Source: an uncultured Poribacteria bacterium | Lineage (GTDB): Bacteria; Poribacteria; WGA-4E; WGA-3G | Length of the DNA: 64,000 nt | Assembly: GCA_951813565.1 (NCBI GenBank) | Contig: OX638351.1 | Span: 1,888,001 to 1,952,000, forward strand | Direction: 5' to 3' | Shown: piece by piece, positions 19,980 through 29,944 of the stretch | Position numbering within the stretch: the first letter of the stretch is position 1 | Layout of the letters: the number at the start of each line of letters is the position of its first letter | The notes under the pieces: model-generated | What the model saw: the letters and a program-made list of their open reading frames with translations, nothing else | Told to the model about the DNA's origin: nothing | The model's database searches: none | Position numbers and translations under genes: made by a program

Positions 19980-20136
19980 TAACCTAAGTTGCTACGGACA
20001 AGATTTCAAGTTCGCAAATACTGCTTTTTACTGAAAAAACAAGGCTTTTTCGCTGATTCTTATGTTTTTTGTTCTAAATCGGGGTTAGAAACCCCTCCTA
20101 CAAGAGCATTTGCGAAATAGGTGGCAACTTAGGTTA
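19980..20136. mobile_element. MITE-like element, TIR TAACCTAAGTTGC...GCAACTTAGGTTA
   Basis: Perfect 13-bp TIR; internal GGGGTTAGAAACCCCTCCTAC hairpin; related end at 59524-59536. Confidence 0.7.
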
Positions 20137-20300
20137 TAATACGGGTTATGCACTTTCAATTATTTGCGAGGTGTAGTGTTTTGTAAACCACCCTTTCCTG
20201 TAGAAGCGAGTTCTAACTCACGCCCTGAAATTACTTGACATCTGATGCAAATTTGTGTTAAACTTCAGCTTGTGAATCACTATCCTTTTTAACTAAAAAG

Positions 20301-20438
20301 AACGCCTATGGATAGCGGTATACACTTGATTTCACGCTGCATTGGCAGGACAAACAAGCGACAATTCAGAGTGCTTGGATTATTGAAACTAATTCTGATG
20401 TCCCAAAATTGATTACCGCGTTTCCTTTGTTATGGTAA
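20301..20438 (+). pseudogene. Remnant C-terminal part of a DUF6883-like protein with an in-frame stop
   Basis: Reads NAYG*RYTLDFTLHWQDKQATIQSAWIIETNSDVPKLITAF; lies directly upstream of a DUF4926 gene, the usual pairing as recalled. Confidence 0.55.
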
Positions 20439-20447
20439 GGATGTACT

Positions 20448-20870
20448 ATGAAAAATAAATTTTTCGATGACACCTCACACATAGATAACTTGCCTGAAGA
20501 TAAACAAAAACCTACAGAAAAAGGCAAAATCAAACTTCTGGATGTTGTTGCGCTTACTGAGGACATACCTGAACATAATCTTAAGCGTGGAGAAGCCGGC
20601 GCAGTCGTTGAAATCCTTGCAGATGGTGAAGCGTTTGAGGTTGAATTTAGTGATGACAATGGACAAATGTACAAGTGTACCAGTTTACTTGCATCTCAAC
20701 TTAGTGTGCTTCCACCTGAACCGACAAAAGCAAATGCGACAGCACAACGCTTAATCAAGGCAATGGAGAAACCGCCGCATCTCACTGATGAAGACATTGA
20801 AGCACTGAATCAGTCAATAAAAGAGGGGGAAATACCTATAAAGTTTGATTCGCCCTTTGAACTGGATTAA
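20448..20870 (+). CDS. DUF4926 domain protein with an antitoxin-like C-terminal tail
   Basis: LLDVVALTEDIPEHNLKRGEAGAVVEIL...FEVEFSDDNGQ; tail HLTDEDIEALNQSI precedes a vapC remnant. Confidence 0.75.
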   Translation: MKNKFFDDTSHIDNLPEDKQKPTEKGKIKLLDVVALTEDIPEHNLKRGEAGAVVEILADGEAFEVEFSDDNGQMYKCTSLLASQLSVLPPEPTKANATAQRLIKAMEKPPHLTDEDIEALNQSIKEGEIPIKFDSPFELD

Positions 20871-20880
20871 TACGAAAATA

Positions 20881-21295
20881 ATGAATAAATATCTCCTTGA
20901 AACAACAACATGTAGTGAGTTGATAAAGGAAACCCTAAAGTTAAAGGGCGTTTGAATTCTCTAACCGAGTCGGACTACCATTTTACTTCCCCATCGTTAA
21001 GGGCGAAATTCTGTTTGGAATTGTTCGGCTTCCTATTGGAAAAAGACGACAAGAACTTCAACAAAAGGCAAATGATTTATTTGCTGCTGTTACTTGTGAC
21101 CCAATCCCAGAAAATGCTGGCAATACTTATGCACACATAAAAGTTGCTGCTCAACAGCAAGGAACGTCTTTAGGTGAATGCGACCTTTGGATTGCTGCTA
21201 CGGCTTTATCTCTTGATGCAATCTTGGTTGCTTCTGATTCCGATTACGAGAGAATAATCGGGTTGGGATTGCGTTTGGAAAATTGGGAGAACTAA
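20881..21295 (+). pseudogene. vapC: PIN-domain (VapC) toxin pseudogene with two frameshifts
   Basis: Reconstructs as MNKYLLETTTCSELIKE/PKVKGRLNSL..FT/PIVKGEILFG...DLWIAATALSLDAILVASDSDY..LENW; shifts near 20931 and 20988; first catalytic D is E. Confidence 0.8.
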
Positions 21296-21333
21296 CAAGG
21301 ACATTCAATAATGCCGGTCTTAAGGTAAAGACA

Positions 21334-21741
21334 ATGAAATATATCTACCACAAAGAGGATGCCGAAGTCGTTCGGATTGAAGATGATGCCCCACGGACGT
21401 TGTATACGCTCATTGAACCGAATACCAGCGACACAGAACACTTCGCAATGGGATTAGAAGAAATTGACCCGAATAGCGAAATACCGATTCACTCGCATAG
21501 TGAAGCAGAGGAGATTATATTTGTGTTTGGTGGGAAAGGGAGAGCGTTTGTTGGCGATGAGGTGGCAGAGTTGAAACCCGGTACGGTGATCTATCTTCCA
21601 CCCAACGTTGAACACCGCTTTGTCAACACAGGCGATGAACCGCTTTGGATTACATGGACGCTTTCACCACCCGGCTTTGAGAAACAGATTCGCAAAATTG
21701 CGGATGGGTCTGCGGGGATGGAAGTTTTCAGCGAATCTTGA
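21334..21741 (+). CDS. Cupin domain protein
   Basis: PIHSHSEAEEIIFVFGG and YLPPNVEHRFVNTG cupin motifs. Confidence 0.88.
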   Translation: MKYIYHKEDAEVVRIEDDAPRTLYTLIEPNTSDTEHFAMGLEEIDPNSEIPIHSHSEAEEIIFVFGGKGRAFVGDEVAELKPGTVIYLPPNVEHRFVNTGDEPLWITWTLSPPGFEKQIRKIADGSAGMEVFSES

Positions 21742-23847
21742 TTAGGTTGACTTAGAAGTACTGACAGATGACGGTGCTACCTCATAATGCGAAAATTCTA
21801 ATGTAAATGCGCCTCGTCCCTGAGTCATAGAACGGAGCCGGGTTGTATATTGGAACGTCTCTGCCAACGGGATGATGGCATTGATAACGTTAGACGTGTC
21901 TTGAGAACTGGTGTCGTTGATTTGTGCGCGACGAGAATTTAAGTCACCGATAACCTTCCCAATGTGTTCATCTGACACAGTGATATGTATTTGCATAATC
22001 GGTTCAAGAAGTAACGGATTCGCCTGCCTAACGGCCTTTTCAAAAGCGAGCACAGCTGCCGCTTCAAAAGCCACCTCCGACGAATCGGTGGGGTGTGTTG
22101 AACCGCCGGTAAGTGTCACCTTAATATCTTGCAATGCGTACCCCATCAGTGCACCTGTGCCCATTGCACCTTCAAGAGCATTTTGAATAGATGAGATATA
22201 CTGCCTCGGAATCTGCGTCTCATCGGTTTTATCGTCAAACTGAAATCCTTCCCCCCGTTCCAAAGGTGCTACAGTAAGCACTACATCGCCGTAAATGCCT
22301 TCTTCATCTGTTTTATGGATATGTGTGCCGCGTGCCTCTGCAGTTGTGCTGATAGTTTCGCGATATGCCACTTGTAGTTTACTAACCCGTGCATTCACAC
22401 CAAACTCACGGATCATACGGTCGGTGAGGATTTCTAAATGAAGTTCTCCCATGCCGGAAATAATCCGTTGTCCCGTCTCTTTATCAATACCAACAGTAAA
22501 GGTTGGGTCTTCGTCCATAAGTTTTTCAAGCGTTTCTTCCAACGCGTCCGTATCACTGGCGCGTTCAGGTTCAATCGCAACAGAGATAACCGGCGGCGGA
22601 AATTCAATTGATTCCAGCAACAGTGGGTTGTTAACATCGCTCAAGGTGTGTCCTGTTTTAGTAGTGCGCATCCCGACGAGCGCGACAATATCGCCTGCAT
22701 ACGCGGCATCACAACTCGCCTCTTTATTCGCGTGCATCTGTAAAATGCGATTGACCCGTTCCCGTTTTTCTGTCGCCACGTTATAGACCACTTCACCGCG
22801 TTTAAGCGTGCCAGAATAGACGCGGCAGTAAACAAGTTTGTCCACAGTGTCATGACTTGCGACCTTGAATGCTAATGCGGAAAAGGGTTCAGTATCATCT
22901 GCACGGCGAGTGGCTTTATCTGTAGTCTGTGAAGTATCGCGTTTAGAGGATTTTCCTTTAGAAGGTTTTGGAATCTCACCTTCAATTGGCGGCACATCAA
23001 CCGGGGAGGGTAAAAAGTCAATAACCGCATCAAGGAGCGGTTGCACCCCCTGATTTTTTAGGGAACTTCCACATAGTATCGGAACGAAACTTCCTTTCAA
23101 CGTAGCGCTTCGAATCCCGGTTATTAATTCAGTCGTATCAATCTCGTTACCTTCAAGATATTTCTCAAGGAGATCATCATCTTCAGATGCTACATTCTCA
23201 ACAAGGGATTCGCGTGCGGTGTTCGCTGCTTCCTGAAATTCAGGCGGGATATCTACTTCTTGGTATGTCTTCCCTTGGTCATCGGGACTCCAATGAATGG
23301 CTTTCATTGAAATAAGATCAACTATCCCCGCAAAATCGCGTCCTTCACCAAGCGGTATCTGCAACGGCACAGGATTCGTGCCAAATCGTTCCGTCATCAT
23401 CTCAAGCACACGAGAGAAATTCGCGCCGACCCGATCCATCTTATTGACGAATGCGATACGGGGTACCTGATAACGTTCTGCTTGATTCCAAACCGTTTCG
23501 GATTGTGGTTCTACGCCGCCGACTGCACAGAACAAAGCAATAGCACCGTCCAAAACACGCAATGAACGTTCTACTTCTACTGTGAAATCAACGTGTCCAG
23601 GGGTATCAATCAGATGTATCGCGTGGTCTCGCCAGAAACAGGTCGTTGCGGCAGCAGTAATTGTTACACCGCGTTCCCGCTCCTGCAACATCCAATCCAT
23701 CTCTGTAGTGCCATCGTCTACAGTACCGATTTTATGCTTTTTGCCAGTATAGAAAAGAATTCGTTCGGTTGTGGTTGTTTTACCTGCATCAATGTGCGCT
23801 GCAATACCGATATTGCGCACGTTTTCTATTGGATATTCGCGTGCCAT
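21742..23847 (-). CDS. fusA: Elongation factor G (stand-alone paralog)
   Basis: [57 protein letters not shown]. Confidence 0.93.
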   Translation of the reverse strand: MAREYPIENVRNIGIAAHIDAGKTTTTERILFYTGKKHKIGTVDDGTTEMDWMLQERERGVTITAAATTCFWRDHAIHLIDTPGHVDFTVEVERSLRVLDGAIALFCAVGGVEPQSETVWNQAERYQVPRIAFVNKMDRVGANFSRVLEMMTERFGTNPVPLQIPLGEGRDFAGIVDLISMKAIHWSPDDQGKTYQEVDIPPEFQEAANTARESLVENVASEDDDLLEKYLEGNEIDTTELITGIRSATLKGSFVPILCGSSLKNQGVQPLLDAVIDFLPSPVDVPPIEGEIPKPSKGKSSKRDTSQTTDKATRRADDTEPFSALAFKVASHDTVDKLVYCRVYSGTLKRGEVVYNVATEKRERVNRILQMHANKEASCDAAYAGDIVALVGMRTTKTGHTLSDVNNPLLLESIEFPPPVISVAIEPERASDTDALEETLEKLMDEDPTFTVGIDKETGQRIISGMGELHLEILTDRMIREFGVNARVSKLQVAYRETISTTAEARGTHIHKTDEEGIYGDVVLTVAPLERGEGFQFDDKTDETQIPRQYISSIQNALEGAMGTGALMGYALQDIKVTLTGGSTHPTDSSEVAFEAAAVLAFEKAVRQANPLLLEPIMQIHITVSDEHIGKVIGDLNSRRAQINDTSSQDTSNVINAIIPLAETFQYTTRLRSMTQGRGAFTLEFSHYEVAPSSVSTSKST

Positions 23848-23877
23848 CTATTTCCTTTGAAGTAACTGAGAGTATTC

Positions 23878-24879
23878 CTACATATCATTGTTCCACTGAA
23901 GAATAACACCAAGCAGCCCAGGATTCCATTCCATAAGCAGTTGATACGCTTTCGGCGCATCGTGTCCAGACACTCGGTGACTAATCAGCGGTGCAACGAT
24001 AAACCTTTTCTGTGCGATAAGCGATAACATCAAACGACTATCATCTTCACTCGTCCAGAAATTCGGAGCGGATTCTTGACGCGGGCGGATCGAATTGTGT
24101 GCGCCATAGAGAATAAGCCCTTTTTTGTGCACATCACGATAGAAATTGACGCTCGGTGTTTCCCCACGTGTACTCGCTAACAACACAACCCGCGCGCCCC
24201 AACCTGCAACATCTAAAGCAGTGCTGATTGCATCTGGATGTCCCGTAGCCTCAATAACAACTGTTGGACCTTTGCCCATGGTTGCGCTGGATAACCTTTC
24301 GGAAAAATCTGTATCTTCAGGATTTAGTGTGTGGTCTGCGCCAATGCTTTTAGAAAGTTCAAGACGACTATCGGTTAAATCTGCTGCAATTACTGGCACC
24401 GCCCCGCTCAACTTAGAGAGTTGCAAAGCAAGTAGTCCGATGAGTCCCTGTCCTAAAACTAACGTTGCTTCCCCCAATTCTATCCGTGCTTTTCGAACTC
24501 CTTGTAGTGCAATCGCGCTCAAATTAAAAAAGACCATCTCTTCAGCTGGCACATCAGACGATTCTACCTTTAGTAATCGATGCGGTGATGCGACAAAATG
24601 GCTGGTGTGCCCCTGCGTTGTGGCGACACGATCCCCTACCGTATATCCACTAACATTTTTGCCGACCTCTACCACTTTGCCTATATTACTGTAGCCTGGG
24701 CGCGATGGATATCCACCCCGTGCGTTCGGAAGTCCTAATAAAAATGCGCGTTCTGTGCCGGGACTGATAAGCGTACATTCCGTTGCAACCAGAACTTCGT
24801 CATCTTTGACAGTAGGTAGATCAAACGCCTCAATATCAACTTTAGCGCGATCCGGCCAAATAACCCGTTGTCCTTTCAT
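23878..24879 (-). CDS. MDR-superfamily (zinc-binding-type) alcohol dehydrogenase
   Basis: LISPGTE, PGYSNIG, GQGLIG Rossmann motif, VIEATG. Confidence 0.85.
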   Translation of the reverse strand: MKGQRVIWPDRAKVDIEAFDLPTVKDDEVLVATECTLISPGTERAFLLGLPNARGGYPSRPGYSNIGKVVEVGKNVSGYTVGDRVATTQGHTSHFVASPHRLLKVESSDVPAEEMVFFNLSAIALQGVRKARIELGEATLVLGQGLIGLLALQLSKLSGAVPVIAADLTDSRLELSKSIGADHTLNPEDTDFSERLSSATMGKGPTVVIEATGHPDAISTALDVAGWGARVVLLASTRGETPSVNFYRDVHKKGLILYGAHNSIRPRQESAPNFWTSEDDSRLMLSLIAQKRFIVAPLISHRVSGHDAPKAYQLLMEWNPGLLGVILQWNNDM

Positions 24880-24906
24880 CAAACTCAAACCCCTTAAAAA
24901 AATGAA

Positions 24907-24950
24907 GGATAGCCGTTTTTCAGAAGTGTATCATAAAAACGACTATCCCT
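24907..24950. terminator. Long hairpin between degP and the dehydrogenase gene
   Basis: GGATAGCCGTTTTT...AAAAACGACTATCC inverted repeat. Confidence 0.45.
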
Positions 24951-25020
24951 CAAGTTTTAAATTTGCAAACAGAGACGAAACAATAACCGTCAGTGACGCC
25001 TACGTAGTTCGGCTCATGAA

Positions 25021-26607
25021 CTATCGATCTGACGTGCCTAAATTTAACGTAATATAACCTGTGCCTTCTCCGTCTGGGGATTTGACATAGAGAAGAATCC
25101 GAGTTTCCCTGTTATTTCTAATTTTGTTGAGAACATCTGCGTACTCTTTGAGGTCTTTAATTGGAGTGTATTCCATCTCTTGAATGAGGTAGCCAGGTTT
25201 GATACCCTTTTTCTTTGCTTCGCTGCCAGTTTCAACGCGTGTAACAACAACGCCTGTTTCATTTTCCGCGTATCCGTGGCGTAATGCATCGGCAGGAGTC
25301 AGGTCTCGGACGCGAAGCCCCGCAAATACTAACCCTTGTTCCTCTTCCGTGAGGGTTGCAAGTGTTTCTTCCGTGCGTTTACCCAGTTTAACGGTCAACT
25401 GTTTTTCTTTATTCCCACGCATAATTTCTACTTCAACAGATTTTCCAACTGCTGTTGCTGCGACGACGTGTCTCAAGTGTGACATGTCTTCAATTTTTTG
25501 ACCGTCAAACTTAAGAATTACATCACCACGTTGAATGTCGCCTTTTTCTGCGGGGCTACCTTCTCCGATTCGTTCCACTAAAACACCATACGGTTCATCT
25601 AAGTTGAGTTTATCGGCTAAATCTTCGTCAACAACCCCCATTGAGATTCCAAGCCAACCGCGTTCAACTTTTCCTTTTTCAATCAGGTCAGGCAAAATTT
25701 GTTGGGCAAGGTTACTTGGTAGCGCAAAGCCAAGACCTATATTCCCACTCATGAATCCATTAGTAGCAATATAGGCGTTAATACCTACCAATTCTCCGCG
25801 AATATTAATCAGCGCGCCACCGCTGTTGCCACGATTAATCGGCGCATCGGTTTGTATGAACTTCCCATAAGCAGTGTATCCTGGGCGTTCCTTAGCGCTA
25901 ACAATACCACGGGTTACAGTTTGTGAAAGGTTAAACGGAGTTCCAATTGCAATAACCCACTCACCGACTTCAAGTGCGCCCGAATCCCCAAACGGCAGCA
26001 CAGGTAAATCATTCGCATCAATTTTGATGACTGCCAAATCTGTTCCGCCACCACCATCCAAGGCAGCATCACGTCCGACTAACGATGCCTCATATTTATT
26101 ACCATCTGCCAGGGTAACAGTAATTTCATCCGCGCCTTCAATAACATGGTTATTGGTAAGGATATAGCCATCTTCACTGACAATCACACCGGAACCAATA
26201 CCTTGAGTGGAACGGGGTGGTACTGGTTCACTTGGTGTACGCTCTCTAAAAAAGCGTTCAAACAAATCATCACCAAATCTGCGTCTAAACTCTTCTCTAT
26301 CCATTTCACCTGGTGGAAATACTTCTACTCTGGGAACCGTACGTTCAACTCTTTGTTGTGATGTAACCTTAATTTGTACAACAGAAGGCTTTGTACGCTC
26401 AACTAAATTAATGAATGCGCGATTTGCGCGTTCTAAAGCCTGAAAATCTTCTAATTCTTTAGGTGTTTCATTCGTGTCACCAATTGCAGTCGGCACAACA
26501 AATTCGTCTGCGCCTTGATTAAATACAAATCCCGCTGCAACAGCAAGTCCAGCTAAGATTAAAAGTAGTGCCGCGCGTCTGCGAAGCATGTGTCTGAAAT
26601 TTAACAT
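25021..26607 (-). CDS. degP: HtrA/DegP (Do) serine protease with two PDZ domains
   Basis: GSGVIV..GYILTNNHV, TDLAVIKI, IQTDAPINRGNSGG, two PDZ-like regions, N-terminal signal/TM. Confidence 0.9.
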   Translation of the reverse strand: MLNFRHMLRRRAALLLILAGLAVAAGFVFNQGADEFVVPTAIGDTNETPKELEDFQALERANRAFINLVERTKPSVVQIKVTSQQRVERTVPRVEVFPPGEMDREEFRRRFGDDLFERFFRERTPSEPVPPRSTQGIGSGVIVSEDGYILTNNHVIEGADEITVTLADGNKYEASLVGRDAALDGGGGTDLAVIKIDANDLPVLPFGDSGALEVGEWVIAIGTPFNLSQTVTRGIVSAKERPGYTAYGKFIQTDAPINRGNSGGALINIRGELVGINAYIATNGFMSGNIGLGFALPSNLAQQILPDLIEKGKVERGWLGISMGVVDEDLADKLNLDEPYGVLVERIGEGSPAEKGDIQRGDVILKFDGQKIEDMSHLRHVVAATAVGKSVEVEIMRGNKEKQLTVKLGKRTEETLATLTEEEQGLVFAGLRVRDLTPADALRHGYAENETGVVVTRVETGSEAKKKGIKPGYLIQEMEYTPIKDLKEYADVLNKIRNNRETRILLYVKSPDGEGTGYITLNLGTSDR

Positions 26608-26734
26608 GGTATAAAACCTCCAGTTATTTTTTACCAAGCCAAGTGGGCTTTTAGATTTTTTTGGTGTCTACGCCTAAAGACACACCTATTAAGAAATAAA
26701 GTTGCAAAAAAAAAATTGCGCGTAAAAATTAAGA

Positions 26735-27091
26735 CTACTCACCGCGGGAAATTTTGTCCACATGCTCACGGACAATATGTTCGGGACAGGACTTGATAAA
26801 TAACCATGCGCCCGGTACCAAAATAATCAATGCTCCAATAACAATATCGTCAAAACGCCCCGCGAACAGCGGCAGAAAATCAAATATAAGATCAAAAGGA
26901 AAAACAAGGTAGGCAATCGCAAAGACACCTGCAAGAATTTCTGCGATAACCAGAATCGCCTTCCGATAGACTGGCACACGCTCATCACGGAAAAGACGCA
27001 TCGTCAACCGAATGAAGTTCGGAAAATGGAGAAAGATACGTAGAAAACGAAATATACCTCGTCCTCTACTGCCAAAGAAAAAAGGATTCAT
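26735..27091 (-). CDS. YkvA/DUF1232 family membrane protein
   Basis: RLFRDERVP..K, AYLVFPFDLIFDFLP..GRFDD. Confidence 0.8.
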   Translation of the reverse strand: MNPFFFGSRGRGIFRFLRIFLHFPNFIRLTMRLFRDERVPVYRKAILVIAEILAGVFAIAYLVFPFDLIFDFLPLFAGRFDDIVIGALIILVPGAWLFIKSCPEHIVREHVDKISRGE

Positions 27092-27370
27092 GATATGTTA
27101 AGTTTATCAAAATTCATGGTTTATGTGCAAATTATTTTATTTTCATTGACAGGGCATTCAATTTTGGCTTATTACCCGTTTTAGTCGAAAAGTCGCTAAC
27201 TGGAGGTCGTTTCTACAGCTATCCGAATTGTTTGCGTTTTTCTTGTCATTTCATTAGAATCATCTTCTTAAAAAGTTACCATACGGTAACTTTTTTCATA
27301 CCGTGGTAACTTTTTTAGATTCGCTCTAAACCCAGTCTCTGATTATATTTAGAATAGTTTTCTTATTGTG

Positions 27371-28122
27371 AATGTGAGTTTGATAAATAGTTAGGACTTC
27401 CACATTTCCTCTTAAAGTTCCTCTGATAAGGGGACTTAGGGGGTTTAAAAACACCAAAATAACGATTTTTTAAGCAAATATGCCCGTTCTCTGTTCAATT
27501 TGCCTCTGTCCTGTTAATTATCCAGAGGCATTCAATTTTCGTCTAATTATCGGTTTTAGTCGAAAAATTGGGACCTAAAAATCGTTCCCAGATGCACGAA
27601 TTGATTGTATTTTTCTTCTCATTTTATTGGAATCATCTCCTTAAAAAGTTACCATACGGTAACTTTTTTCATACCGTGGCAACTTTTTGAAATTCACTAT
27701 AAACTCAGTATATGTAAGGGTTTATAGACATTTTATTTAGATTTTATATTTTTCATCTGCGTTGAGGAACACGGGTTTCCTTTTGCTGGAGATATTTTAT
27801 TTTGATAAGTTTTGCGTTGTCGTCTTTGCATTAGAGAGTTACTTTCGATTTTCGGTGTGTTTGGGGATCGGTTTTCTCTTTTCATACTGATATTATACCA
27901 AGTTCTATGTAGTGATCAGAGGTTTTTGTGGCGTTAGGAACAATAGATATCCAATATATTGACAATAAGTTTGCAGGAAAAGTTGGGTTGATACGTTTTT
28001 GCATCTTGGATGAGCGTGCATTTTGTTGTCAGCATGGCGGTTGACGCGATTTTTTGGAGTCTTGGGAAAGAAAGAAATCATTGGAGAATTGAATGGCTCT
28101 GGTTAATTATCAAACTCACGTT
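27371..28122. mobile_element. Nested element B, TIR AAYGTGAGTTTGATAA
   Basis: AATGTGAGTTTGATAA...TTATCAAACTCACGTT flanked by direct repeat ATTGTG. Confidence 0.7.
27522..28102. mobile_element. Non-autonomous element A (inner copy)
   Basis: TIR CCAGAGGCATTCAATT...AATTGAATGGCTCTGG flanked by exact 8-bp repeat TTAATTAT (27514-27521, 28103-28110). Confidence 0.8.
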
Positions 28123-28693
28123 ATTGTGACATTAATTTTTTATTTTGATTAAGCCAACTTTCACGATTTTTGCAATAATTATGACTAAAATGGTGTAATT
28201 TTTAGCAGAATTCTGAATTATCAGCGCGTTTACATGAAGATTAAGAGATAAATTGGGTAATTTCATAGAGATGCTTGGTGCGGTTAGGAAACCGCACCTA
28301 CCGCGATTGAGGGAACTGGCATTATCTGATTAAATACTTAAACTTCATCAAAACGCGCCTACCACTTGTGCGTAAGTCCTAAAGTAATTTCAACATTCTC
28401 TCGTAGAGGTTGTGCTTCAGATTTCTGGTCTGGTTGTTATGCGTTTAGGGATTGGTTTGTTTTTTCATGCTGATATTATACCTTGTTCTGTGTGGTGATC
28501 AGAGATCTTTGTAGTTTGCGGACAATAGATATCCAATATATTTCCAATAAGTTTGCAGAAAAAGTTGGGGATAGACGCGTTTTTGAATATCTGATGAGCG
28601 TGGGTTTTGTTTTCAGCATGGCGGTTGACGTGGATTTTTGGTAAGGAAGAAATTATTGGAGAATTGAATGGTTCTGATTCCATTGAATTTGTC

Positions 28694-28722
28694 TTGACAT
28701 CTGTTCCTCTTGGGAGTATACT
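28694..28722 (+). promoter_or_regulatory. Sigma70-type promoter
   Basis: TTGACA-17-TATACT upstream of the 28894 ORF. Confidence 0.65.
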
Positions 28723-28797
28723 ACCACAAATAATACCATTTCTGAAAATAAGACTTCATTATGAGATTATAGGTTCACACTGAGGTGAAGAATGTCC

Positions 28798-28827
28798 GAG
28801 GCGCAATGAATTGCGCGACTACAAACG
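28798..28827. repeat. REP class GAGGCGCAATGAATTGCGCGACTACAAACG (copies at 17678, 19904, 28798, 32416, 58716)
   Basis: Five near-identical copies; minus strand reads GTAG followed by a hairpin. Confidence 0.85.
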
Positions 28828-28893
28828 CGTTTTTGTTAATGAAAGGCGATCAATTAGAAACGATATAACATATTACATACAGAAGGAAAAATT

Positions 28894-29658
28894 ATGGCAA
28901 CACAACTTGCAGCACAACTTTATACTTTGAGAGAATTCACCAAAACCGAATCCGATATTGCGGAAACCATGAAAAAGGTCCGGCAACTCGGTTACGAGGC
29001 GGTTCAATGTTCAGCACTTGGTCCGATTGAACCTGAAGCACTGAAAAAGATTGTTGACAACGAAGGCATCGCGATCTGCGCGACACATACCAGTTATGCA
29101 CGGATGCAGGATGAGCCGCAGGCAATTATTGATGAACATCAATTGTGGGGATGTAAGCACGCAGCAATAGGCGGACTCCCCGGTGAATATCGCAGCACAG
29201 AAGGTTATGCAAAATTTGCAAAAGAAGCTTCCGAAGTTGCAGCACGACTTGCTGAAGGCGGTTTAACCTTTTCCTATCACAACCACAGTTTTGAGTTGGA
29301 ACGTTATAATGGACGCACAGGGTTGCAAATTTTATATGAGGAAAGCGACCCGAAATATTTTAATAGTGAAATTGATACCTATTGGATTCAGCACGGTGGA
29401 GGTGATCCTGCTGAATGGATTCGCAAGTTAAAGGGGCGGGCGCATATCGTTCATCTTAAAGATATGGCAGTTGTAGGAAACTCACAACGATATGCAGAAG
29501 TCGGTGAAGGTAACCTCAATTGGACTGCTATCTTGGATGCGTGTGAGGACGCCGAAGTTGAATGGTATATTGTTGAACAGGATTCCTGCTATGAACGCGA
29601 CCCATTTGAAAGTTTAGGTATCAGTCTTAAAAACTTGCAAGCGATGGGGCTTTCTTAA
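28894..29658 (+). CDS. Sugar phosphate isomerase/epimerase (xylose isomerase-like TIM barrel)
   Basis: QLYTLR, YHNHSFE, EIDTYW, VHLKD, EVGEG, IVEQD. Confidence 0.88.
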   Translation: MATQLAAQLYTLREFTKTESDIAETMKKVRQLGYEAVQCSALGPIEPEALKKIVDNEGIAICATHTSYARMQDEPQAIIDEHQLWGCKHAAIGGLPGEYRSTEGYAKFAKEASEVAARLAEGGLTFSYHNHSFELERYNGRTGLQILYEESDPKYFNSEIDTYWIQHGGGDPAEWIRKLKGRAHIVHLKDMAVVGNSQRYAEVGEGNLNWTAILDACEDAEVEWYIVEQDSCYERDPFESLGISLKNLQAMGLS

Positions 29659-29679
29659 CGCAAAACGCTGAAATTATAA

Positions 29680-29727
29680 AAACTTGGCAGAGCATTTAAC
29701 GATTTTGATGTTCTGCCAAGTTTTTTT
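29680..29727 (+). terminator. Intrinsic terminator
   Basis: AACTTGGCAGAGCAT...ATGTTCTGCCAAGTTTTTTT. Confidence 0.75.
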
Positions 29728-29833
29728 GCAATCGCTTTCAAATGACTTGATCGCGATATATTCACCTTGACAACTTATCTGTTTCATGACAAAATCAAAT
29801 AAAAAACACAAAATAGAGCAACCATGACACAAC

Positions 29834-29900
29834 ACGCGCAGTCGAAATCACAATTGAACAAGACGAACAGGCTGCTATTGATTGGTTGGAATCTGTTTCA
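29834..29900 (+). repeat. 67-bp direct repeat, copy 1 (copy 2 at 31412-31478)
   Basis: 59/67 identical by manual alignment; both read RAVEIxIEQxEQAAIxWLESVS. Confidence 0.85.
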
Positions 29901-29944
29901 TAATGCCTGTCCGTGCCTTTGAGCCATCTTACAATGCGGCGGAA

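Larger units (their letters stand above)
27149..28677. mobile_element. Non-autonomous element A (outer copy) containing nested insertions
   Basis: TIR CAGGGCATTCAATT...AATTGAATGGTTCTG; flanks TTTCATTG/TTCCATTG (8-bp duplication, one mismatch); ~200-bp ends homologous to the inner copy. Confidence 0.7.

Noticed and set aside
19831..20034. 67-aa ORF after the aminopeptidase
   Set aside because: Lies over two MITEs and has no protein features
28465..28683. 72-aa minus-strand ORF
   Set aside because: Falls within the right end of element A; the homologous inner copy has no equivalent ORF in the track
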